This document shows positions 11,352 through 29,500 of a DNA stretch of 64,000 bases, piece after piece. Both the position numbers and the translations under genes were made by a program. The stretch covers positions 6,572,001 through 6,636,000 of the forward strand of contig CM035356.1 in assembly GCA_020137815.1 (NCBI GenBank), read 5' to 3'. The notes under the pieces were generated by a model. It had not been told where the DNA came from and did no database searches. It saw nothing but the letters and a program-made list of their open reading frames with translations. Within the stretch, counting starts at the first letter, position 1; the number at the start of each line of letters is the position of its first letter. Source of the stretch: Hormiphora californensis. Taxonomy: Eukaryota; Animalia; Ctenophora.

Positions 11352-14300
11352 CAGGGGCTGATAGTGAGACCGCAGAATCTGTCGTGTGCTGCGCACAAAA
11401 GACTAGCAAATTTGAGTGGGTTGTACGGAAAAGCTTGCTGAGAGAGCAAATAACGGAATTTTTCCAAATTTTTTTCACTGTGGGATTCACAAGACCGTCA
11501 CCTACAGCCCAGTGAAATCCCCGTGAAAAACGGTTAATTACAAGGTTCGCAGTGATCAAAACCGTAAACAACTTCATTTTTCAGTTTTCTTCATTTTTGA
11601 GAGGGTAGAGCTCTTTACCACACTGTCACTCAAAATTGAGATAGAAAATCGAAAAAAATCGTCAAGTGTGTATCTCAAAATTGTCCATTCTTTCGATTCC
11701 CGGGTTTTTTGAAACTCCTAGGGCAAGCGTCTAGGGTGCAACCTCAAAAAACTTTGAAAACACCGTTTTTTTGAGCGCCGGATGAATTCTGCGGTCTCAC
11801 TCAAAGTCACGTGACTTAGGACTAATTAGGCAAGTGAGAGCTGGGTTGTGAGACCGCAGAATGTGTTGTAATTCGTATATTCATATGAATCTCTCTCTTT
11901 CCCTCTCTTCAACACCACATTCTCTCCTTTTTGAGTGTAGAAACACACCAAGGGGGGGGGGGGGAAGTCTTTGGCCTTTCCTCGATCGAGTTGATCAGAA
12001 AGAGAAGAAAGGGGAGTTGGGCAGAATGGGAAGGGAGAGTGCGGAGGGGGGCAAGTGGCTGTAAAAAGGAAAAAATAGTCAAAGCTTTCATCAGTGCATA
12101 GCTCTACGCTATAGCTCTATCACGTCTGCCGCTCTCTCACGCACGCGCGCGCGCGAGCGAGAGCTGGCTAGAGCGTAGAAAGCAGCTAGAGCGAGCGCGA
12201 GCGAGATATACCGCAGCGACGCGCTCTCTCTGATTCTATCTCTCATCTGTTCTAGTCTCGCGATTAAATCTTAAGGCTGTAAAAAGCCTGGGATATCTCC
12301 TCGACAACCTACGTTGTTTTTTCTACGTTGTTATTGAAAGAGGAGCGGAGAGAGAGAGAGAGAGAGGGAGAGTTGACGACGAAGACGCTAGAGAGGATCC
12401 GGTGAGAGACGAGTGATTGCAGCATGATCATGAGGAGCAAGATGCCGAGAGTGTCGGCGATGTAGAGAGAGAGGCGAGAGAGAGCCGATACTGGTTACCC
12501 ACACGTTGGACCAGGACGAAGAGATTCGTAGTAAAGAGAGATGACGATGTTGAGCAGATGGTGCGGGAGAGAGAGTTTGGTGAGGATGTAGAACCTATGA
12601 TATTCTGACGAGAGAAGAGAGAGAGAGAATTCAGAGAGGAGCGTTACGCCTACGTAATGCTTAGGCATGGAAGATGAAGTGACTGAAGAGATGAGCAGCA
12701 CCTGACTTGTTCACCAGAGAGAGACACCTGCGGAGGAGATGTATCTGAGCGGTGATGAGCAGAGAGTTCGAGAGTTGGAATCGAGACTGATGAATAAACT
12801 ATGCGGAGATCGGAGAGCGCAGATGGATTCCTCTCCGCTCATGTCGTCTATCGATCCGTTAAGGCAGAGATCCCCTGATTTCAGTTCGGATTTGTGATCT
12901 CGACGGGAGAGACTTGATTGAGCCCCGTGCTGCTATTAGTCGGAGAGCATGACGTTTTGTAGGAGACTGGAGGACGGAAGAGTTGGATTGTTCGATTCGA
13001 TTGCCGCACTGGCATGGAGAGGCATGGATGAGCACTTGGAAAGGGACGATGAGAGACTAAGATGTCTGGGATCTTTCTCTGATCTTTCTTTGAAGCGACT
13101 GCCCTGGCTCAGAGTAGACGAGAGAGGTACCGACGGACCCGGATGAGAGTAACCGAAGCGAGAGGTTAGGGAGACAGTTATGACGAGAGATTAGGAGTAT
13201 GGAGAGATACAGAGTCGCTTGAGCGATGGACGACACGCCGGAGATTCGCACGGAGTGAGCTGATTGATTCTCCCCGGGAGACGTCCCCTTTTCTGAGACT
13301 TGGACCCTTTGTGAAGACCTTGAGAGCCTAGACATCGGAGTGACGATGTCCACTGACACTAGGAGACGTTTTAGCGAGAGCAGACGTCTAGTTGTTCTTG
13401 GAGACGAGGCCGAGATTGACTGAGAGAGGCCCGATGAGGAGTATGACAGGGAGAGATCCTACATCTATTTCGAAGATCTTGAGGAGAGATGACGTGGATT
13501 GAGAGAGAGAGAGGGAGCGAGGATTGGAAAGCGAGAGGGAGAGAACTCTTGACGACCGACTGAGAGATGTGAGTGCAAGACTGGCTGAGAGAGAGAATTC
13601 AAGAGAGAACGAGAGAACGGACGATGAGAGAGAGAAGAGAGAGATAGCTAGCGGAGAAGAGGTGAGGAGGAGGATGAGAGAGAGATCGGAAGATGGGGAG
13701 AGAAGGAGAGAGGGAGGGAGGGGAAGAGAGAAGAGGATTGGAGGAGAATGAAGAAGTGCTGACAATATAGTGTATGTGCACTTGCGTCTCCTTCGCTCGG
13801 TTATTTATAATAACACGGTGCCACAGTAGCTGGATGCTTAGTGGCTAACAGTAATCCTACCAAACCAAACAGAGTAGGAGCGAGAGATCATAGCTTTCGA
13901 AGAGGGTGAGCAGAAATGGAGATTTGAGATGAGTGGAGGGGGAATGAGAGATGGGAGTGGGGGAATCGGGATATAAATAACGACTAAGAAGAGATATAGG
14001 TTACTCGTATTATAGGTATGGGATGTTATATTCTGAGTGATCCTCAGAAATTGTACTCATTTATGGTCCACCCAAGTGTTATACCATCTTACTTCGAGGT
14101 TGATGATTAGAAATAAGAGATGAATCTTGCCACATTCGTCTAGGAAAACATGACACGGTGCTGAGAAGTTCAACATAGCGTGGAACTCATTCTCGCTAAT
14201 GGGCAGTTAGTTATATCAACCTTTGGGCATCTCGCACCGACCCACCCCTCTGTTCTGTACAGGGTTTGGACGCTACACACAGCCAAACTCAAGCTCCTTC

Positions 14301-16082
14301 TCTTTCTTTATCCTTTGGTGATCTCAACTAGATGAGAGAGAACCCCCCTAAATAAAAGAAACAATTAAAAGGACAAGTATGAAATAAAAAACGAAAGACT
14401 AAAGAAAAAAAAAAAAAGGGAAGAGGAGAGAAGAGGCTAGGTCTCACGCTCATTAGGTTGAGCAAAGCTCTTTAGGGCCTAATCCGCAGATTCTACTACT
14501 GGTAGAGTTTGGATGTTATGAAACCCCCTTAGCATACGACAGAGTTTAATAAAGCAGAATAGTGTCATGTCGATCTGGTGTATGTAGCTAGGAAAGGATG
14601 GAGCTCTAGTCTGCATGAACTTTACCGATAGTAGATTGATGAGTATATCACTATGCCAAGCTTGGTGTAAGAGCCTCTCAGACAGTAAGAGCAGATGGTC
14701 CTCACCATATACGCGAGAAGGCGGCCGACTGTAGATGATGAGTAGGAACGAGAGATGTAATAGCTAGATGAGCGGGTTACTTAGAGAGAGAGGAGGCGGG
14801 AATGGATGAGAGAAGAGAGACGAGGGCCAGAGAGAGAAAGAGCGAGCGAGAGAGAAAGAGAGGGAAGAGAGAAGAGAGAGAGAGGGGAGACTATAGCTAG
14901 GATTTTCTCGACGCGAGCTGCGCTCGCTCTCTCTCAATCTAGCTAAGACGCGATCTCATCGACTATGATATCTCTAGCGAGCGCTCTCGCTTCTCTTTTG
15001 CCTCTCCTGTATCTCTCTTCTATCATCTCTTACTCTCCTTTCTCTCTCCACTCTCTCTCACGCTCTCACTCTCGCTCTCGCTCTCTCTCTCTCTCTCTCT
15101 CTCTACTCTCGCTCTATTTCAAATTAAAAAATAAAGAAAAAACAAAGAGGATTCAGAGATATGCCCAGGCTTTTTCCGCCTTATGATTTATCCGAGAGAC
15201 TAGGAAAAGAGATAGGCGAGAGGAGAGGAAAGATTGAGAAGGAGAGTGAGAGAGGAGACGGAGAGGAGGAGAGAGGAGAGAGAAGAGAAGAGAGAGGGGA
15301 AAAAGGGGGAAGAGAGGGAGAGAAAAAGGGGAAAAGAGGAGAGGAGAGAGAGTTGAGAGGAAGGGGGAGAGAGAGAGGAGAGAGGGGGAGAGATAGGAGG
15401 GGATGAAAGTTTTTTGACTATTTTTTCATTTTACAGCCATCCCCAGCACTCCCCCCGTTTCGATAAAATCGATCGGGAAAAAGGCCCAAAAAGATTCCCC
15501 CCCCCCCCCCCTTGGTGTTTTACATAAAAAAGGAGAAAATGGGTGTTGAAGGAGGGAAAGGGGAAAATTAATATGAATATAGAATTACAACACATTTGGG
15601 TCCACAACCCAGCTCTACTGCCTAATTGTCCTAAGCAGTGATTTTAGGGCCGCAGAATTCCCGGCCCCTAAAAAAAAACGGTTTTTTTTTTCAAAGTTTT
15701 TAGGTTTGCACCCTAGAGGGTTGCCCTAGGAGTTTAAAAAAACCCCGGGAATGAAAAAAAGGAAAATTTTGAGATACACACTTGAGATTTTTTCGATTTT
15801 ATCTCAATTTGAGGACGGGGGAAGAGCTTCCCCTCTCAAAAATGAAAAAAAAACAAAAAATGAAGTTTTTTCGGTTTTTGTACTGCAAACCTTGAAATAA
15901 CCCGTTTTTCACGGGGATTTCACTGGGCTGTAGGTGACGGTCTTGTGAATCCCACAGTGAAAAAAATTTGGAAAATTCCGTTATTTGCTCTCTCAGCAAG
16001 CTTTTCCGTACAACCCACTCAAATTTGCTAGTCTTTTGTGCGCAGCACACGACAGATTCTGCGGTCTCACTATCAGCCCCTG
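11352..16082. mobile_element. 4.7-kb DNA transposon with ~1-kb inverted arms, inserted into the (TAA)n tail of the SL-capped retroposon
   Basis: attat|caggggctgatagtgagaccgcagaatc ... gattctgcggtctcactatcagcccctg|attat. Arms are alignable to ~12330/~15120 (mirror ORFs 11234-11515 and 15799-16050). The interior is degraded and GA-rich. Confidence 0.9.
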
Positions 16083-16114
<32 letters not shown>

Positions 16115-16220
16115 TAAAATGTATACATTACATATACTGCCCCTTTTTTGTGGGCAAAACGGATAGCCATTAATAAGTCCCATTAGAAGTCTCTTCAGTG
16201 CACATGTCACTGATTAGAAG

Positions 16221-17243
16221 TCAGCCACATTTAATTACCCCCCTGCTAACCCAATATCGTCCATTCGGATTGTCTCGCCTCAGTCCTTTCACTGTATCAA
16301 CGAGAGTTTTCCGTTCTCGCTGTTCCTCCGGTGTTAGGTCGGGGGAAAGAAACACCGAGGAAAATTTCTCTGAATCCCGGAGCTGCTTTGCTTTCCTGAG
16401 AAGCTGCAACAAGGTTTCCCTCCTTTCAAGGGTAACGATTACTGGTCTTGGTCGGTTATCAGTCTTTTCGCCGACTCGCTTTGTGGAAGTTATGACTGGT
16501 TTTTCATTCAGCTCTGTAAAAATATCTCGAACTTCATGCTCAGTGGTTCTTGCAGTAGTTTCTAGTAGCCCAAACAAAACCAAATTCAGCTTTCGATCAG
16601 GAGTTGCTTCTTCTGTTGTACTTGTGGGAAGGGGCACTGACGCTTTCTTCCATGCTGCTTGGAGGCGGGATGGTGCAATAGCCGCTGAGCAGTTCTGGAC
16701 AAGTACTTTGGAGTAGCCCTGCAATTGCTTCTGAACAGACTCCGACACCGAATTGAGTTTCTGACCTTGTACTTCAATCAAACTTTTTTGTGCTTCAATC
16801 AGCTTCTCTTGTAACTCAATCCTTGATACCCGATGTTTATCAACCTCTTCCTTGAATGAGCCAAGCTCTTTTTGTACCTCCTTGAGTTTCCGATTACACT
16901 CCTCTAGTTCCCGACGTTCTTTCATACGGACAGTTTCATCGTTATTTTTCATACATAGTCCAGCTTCCCTCGCTATCAGAAGAATATGACGGCAGAGGTT
17001 CTTGGTGAAGGCCATGAACTGATGTCCATTATAATTTTTTAAAGCGTAGTCTACTGGCAGTGATCGACTGGAATCCAAGAATAACATCCGCAGCTCTTCA
17101 TCCACCTGATGGTGACTCGGTTTGGTTCCATTCCTGATTAACAAAACGTCTCTTACTGCATAACGAAGTAGTTCCATCACCGAGGGATCAACACATTTCA
17201 GTGGATCGGCATCTGCATCAGAGGTATTGAGTTTCTCCGTCAT
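16221..17243 (-). CDS. LINE ORF1p-like protein (coiled coil + L1/Transposase_22-type RRM-CTD)
   Basis: RKLNLVLFGLLE, RVG...RPRPVIVTL and VFLSPDLTPEEQRERK motifs after a coiled coil; homologous to 59757-60713. Confidence 0.85.
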   Translation of the reverse strand: MTEKLNTSDADADPLKCVDPSVMELLRYAVRDVLLIRNGTKPSHHQVDEELRMLFLDSSRSLPVDYALKNYNGHQFMAFTKNLCRHILLIAREAGLCMKNNDETVRMKERRELEECNRKLKEVQKELGSFKEEVDKHRVSRIELQEKLIEAQKSLIEVQGQKLNSVSESVQKQLQGYSKVLVQNCSAAIAPSRLQAAWKKASVPLPTSTTEEATPDRKLNLVLFGLLETTARTTEHEVRDIFTELNEKPVITSTKRVGEKTDNRPRPVIVTLERRETLLQLLRKAKQLRDSEKFSSVFLSPDLTPEEQRERKTLVDTVKGLRRDNPNGRYWVSRGVIKCG

Positions 17244-17290
17244 AACTTCTTCCTGCCCCTACGGGCGGTCTCAACATCCTGAGGACATAT

Positions 17291-17327
17291 CTCAAATTAA
17301 TTTGTTTAAAGTAGTGTTGAAAAGTTT
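17291..17327 (-). other. Genomic copy of a spliced-leader-like exon
   Basis: aaacttttcaacactactttaaacaaattaatttgag, identical to 59664-59700. It matches my recollection of the ctenophore SL and is not followed by a GT donor. Confidence 0.8.
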
Positions 17328-17744
17328 CGTTGTACAGCGGGTCCGAGACCCACTTTTCGGATGGAAGAAAGGAAGAAATTGCTTAAATTATCTGATTCTT
17401 GACGAGATTTGCAGAAATCGAAGTTTTGAGCGTACGCCTTGAAAAGAACCAACACACGACTGACCACAGAGCTGTCCTCAGAGGGTCCGGACCCAGTTCA
17501 CGCCCTACATTTAAAAGCTTGGCGTGACAGATGCAAAGTAGAAAAATGAGAATATGAATAAGATTTATTGCGAAGGGTAGACGGAAATCTGAGAGAAAAA
17601 GAATAAACCTATTTTTCAGAAGGACGATTTTTTTAAAGTTTCTAGCAGCCCTTAATTCGTATTTATAAATGTATCTCTTATTTGATTTTCCAGAAGATGG
17701 TATAAGAAATTTTACGCTCGGTGATTTGAAAGCAGTTTGCCGTC

Positions 17745-25635
<7,891 letters not shown>

Positions 25636-26580
25636 GCGAGAGGGGGACGTTCTTGTTGTTTTTTGTCGTGCAATGTAACAGACATGATGTATGGGGTCTT
25701 CTTTTGTTGTGTCGTTTTTTACCACTTGAATTTACTCCGGAATTGGACTGTATTGTGTGTAGTAGTAGGACAGAAGAAGAGAAGGATTCTATAGATTAGG
25801 AATGGGCCAGAGCAGTATATCAGAATAGGGGGAGAGCGTGTGAGTGAGTGAGTGAGTGAGTGAGTGAGTGAGTGAGTGAGTGAGTGAGAGTGTGAGTGAG
25901 TGAGTGAGTGAGTGAGTGAGTGAGTGAGAGTGTGAGTGAGTGAGTGAGAGTTTGAGTGAGTGAGAGTGTGAGTGAGATAGATGGAGAGAGGGAGAGAGAG
26001 GGAGAAAGTTTATTTGTATCATCTAAACAGTGAGTGAGACTGAGTGAGTGACCGAAAGAGATAGAAAGAGAGGGACAGAGAATGATACCAATTGTTTGTC
26101 TACACTTTGTACTGTCTAATTTAAATTGTTTCTACCCAAGGAATATACCGACTTTTACAGATTTAGAAAACTTTAAATTAGTTTAAAAACATATCAAATG
26201 GCTTGAAAATTCAAATAATATTGCCCACATTTCACTAACATAACGTTACTTCGATTTATTCTCAAATAAATATAATAACACACATTTGTGCTTTACAAAT
26301 ACGCTTCACACTCAAACAGTGATACAAATCACAATCGTTTACTGTCAGAGCATTGGCCTGGCCCTATTCCCATTTCTTCAGAACTGCGGTCAGATCACTG
26401 GCCTGACAGATCGTTTATTAAACACACGAAAAACAAAAAACAATACAAAGACAAAGATATTCAAAAATAGTTGCTCGAATGATAAAATTATTAAATTCAC
26501 CAAGTCTTTATTTTCTTTGTAACACAACTCTCTTTGAAGTTCATTTAATGAGCTAGAGAAAGGTTTGCGAGCATCCATCA

Positions 26581-29500
26581 GTACTGGTTACTGTTCGTGT
26601 GATTGTCCGCTCTCCAGTGGGTTCCACTATTGTCCCTGTCTAGGGAGAAGTATTATTAGTGGGTTGTCATGGTGAAATTTGGGTACCATGTTGGTTATAT
26701 ATGTGGTAACCATGGTAACTATGGAGTATGGTGTCATATTATGGAACAACACATTGGACGGTCTAACTGCAGGCCCACTCACCCGGCACTGAGTTATTGA
26801 GCTGGTGTCCAGGTCTACTGTTGCCAAGGCAGCCACAGCAGGCGGAGGGCCCACCCCACCGTAGCTGCTGCTCCCTCCTGACGGGGCTGTCATCGCTACC
26901 AGGTTCTCCGATGCGTTAACCCGCTTCACCCTGTACGGGGGGGGGGGGGTGACACGTAACACTTTGTAACACTTTGTAACATGTGCAGAAAACTTTTTGT
27001 GCACGTTACATGTTACAAAGTGTTACAAAGTGTTACAAAGTGTTACAAAGTGTTACAAAATGTTACAAAGTGTTACAAAATGTTACAAAGTGTTACAAAA
27101 TGGGCATTTTTTGCAACATTTTGCAACATTTTGCAACATTTTGTAACACTTTGTAACACTTTGTAACACTTTGTAACGCTTGTAACACTTTGTAACATGT
27201 GCAGAAAATATTTTGTGCACGTTACATGTTACAAAGTGTTACAAAGTGTTACGTGTCACCCCCCCCTGTACGGGGGGATGTTGTGTTCGGAGATTTGGAA
27301 AACTTTTTCGAGGACGGGTAGATTTAGGACTAAGGGGGGGGGGGTCGGGGCGCTATTCACTCAACCTTCCTCCTTACTCAATAAGGTGTACCGGGACAAC
27401 TATCAGGCCAATGCTCTCACAGCGGGGGGGGGGGGGGGTTGGTATTGAGTAAGTAAGGGGTGGAGAGGAGAGAGACCACTTAATCAACAAGGAAGGGAGG
27501 TGTTGTTATACCTGAAGAGGGTTGTAACCTCATTGTCCTTCTCAAGCAATCTATTCTGGTGTACTGTCGATTGAGTCTGAAATTGTAAAACACATTACCA
27601 AAAGTAGGGAAATGATCGGGGGAATATAAAAATGCCAGATCAATTGTGTTTGGCTTTTAAATACTAATAGTTTTGACTTGGAATCTTCAAACTATACCTG
27701 ATTAGTAAGATTGGTAACTTTGCTCCTCTCTGCCTCACTCGGTCTATAAACTTGACGAAGGGTGTTGGGGTTGAAATGATACGAGTGGGCCGCGTTCCTC
27801 CGACACCTACAGGAGGAGATATGTGAATTATAAACACCCGTTAATTATGTGACTGAAATCACTAATATTCGATCTGTTTGCGCCAGACCCCGTTTTGATT
27901 CTCAAGGGTCGGCGCCTCCAGACATGTCATGAACGGATTCCAAGCTGTCTGGCGCCGCCAGACAGATTCTCAGGCTCTATCACTGAGAAATCCTGCCAAT
28001 TCTTACTTGTATATGACACATCCGATGATAAAGATAAAGATAAAGATGCCGATAGCAGCTAGAATCCAGGCCACTAAGTAGACAGCGCTGGCAACCGCCT
28101 CTGTGTGCTCAGTCAGGGCTAGGGGAAGAAGAAGGGTTAGAAAAAGGAACTGTGCTTTTGGTGGTAGATGATCGTATAGCGTTATTAACAAGTATAGCGG
28201 AGAATCTCAGGAGTTAGAGGGGAACAAGCCATGCGATATGCTCAACAAAAAAAAGTAAAATAAATTCTTCAAAAAGTATACCAGTTGTTGCGGAGATGTT
28301 TCCCAGTTCAGTTTTCAGCATCACCTCCACAGTAACCGTGTCATCTGTACCAGGTATACCTGCATAATAGGGCAGGACATGTTAGATAGATGGTGCATTG
28401 AATCATGCAAGGTCCTTGATCTACCGAACCCTCACGGGGCAGGACAAATTAGCAAGAGGACAGAGCTTGCATTGCTCTCTCACATATTCGAGGGTTAGAC
28501 AAGACTGCGGAACAGTAATGTAATGTTAGTATGACAATTACAAGACCAAGCTGGAGAGGAATAGCCATTGAAATTTCACGCTTACGAGCTCTAGTATTCT
28601 GCGACGTAGGGAACTATACTTGTATACGTGTAATAAAATGAGTCCCTAATGTGTGTGTGTGTGTGTGTTTTGCACCGCCCGTCATTCCTCCCACTTTACT
28701 GCCCCACAATGGTCGGCAGACAACCTATATTAATATCACTCTTCGCCACCGTCCCCCACACGTAGGGATAGTGTTGATGTTGTTCCGGTTTGGGTCCTGG
28801 TATTTTGTCGAGCAAGCTCAACATTTCCCTCGAACCTTCGCCGGCATCACAAGAAGAGTATTTGATACAGTGAATCTAATAGTAGACTGACATACCTATA
28901 TTGTCAGGACAATGGATGGAATTTACCTGTCTCACAGACTGGTCTCTGGTTACTACTGCTCCAAGGAGCTGTAGAGGTAGGTGGGTTGCCGGATATGACA
29001 ATACCGTGGGTTCACCATCTAATCGGTGACGGCTGAAATATCTTATCACACCTCAGGTCTTGGGTCAAAACCGCTAGCAGTACTTATCAGCATGCAACCT
29101 GGGGGTCCGGACAGCTAATTTCTTAGCAAGCACAGATAAGCATGAAAACGCTTATGTAAACTCTGGTGAGCATTTGGCAAATTATCGACTCCCAGGGGTT
29201 GCACTTTTGCGGGGTAATTACTTGCCATACGGCGGAGGTGGCCATTTGTTTGGCCCAGACCTGCCCTACCACTCTTGGGTCCCTTATTGCGTTGTTATAG
29301 AAGAAAAATCCCCCATAAGTAGCGTTGCCCTATAGTTTGCCACTTGTTCCAGGTCGGGATAGTTAGGGATGGTTTAATCGAATAGGTTACTTTTGGCTAT
29401 TAGTTTGGAGAATATTACCAAATCAAGTGTGTTGCTTGATCTGTTTGTTAGTGAGGAGGATTGTTCTAGATATATTGCAAAGGTAGTATGTGGCAAAAAT

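Larger units (their letters stand above)
16083..17327 (-). mobile_element. SL-capped, ORF1-only non-LTR retroposon (element 1)
   Basis: 5' 37-nt SL-like motif (17291-17327), intronless 340-aa ORF, ~110-nt 3'UTR with a stem-loop, (TAA)n tail, and TSD tttcgttgtaca at 11336-11347 and 17325-17336. Confidence 0.88.
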
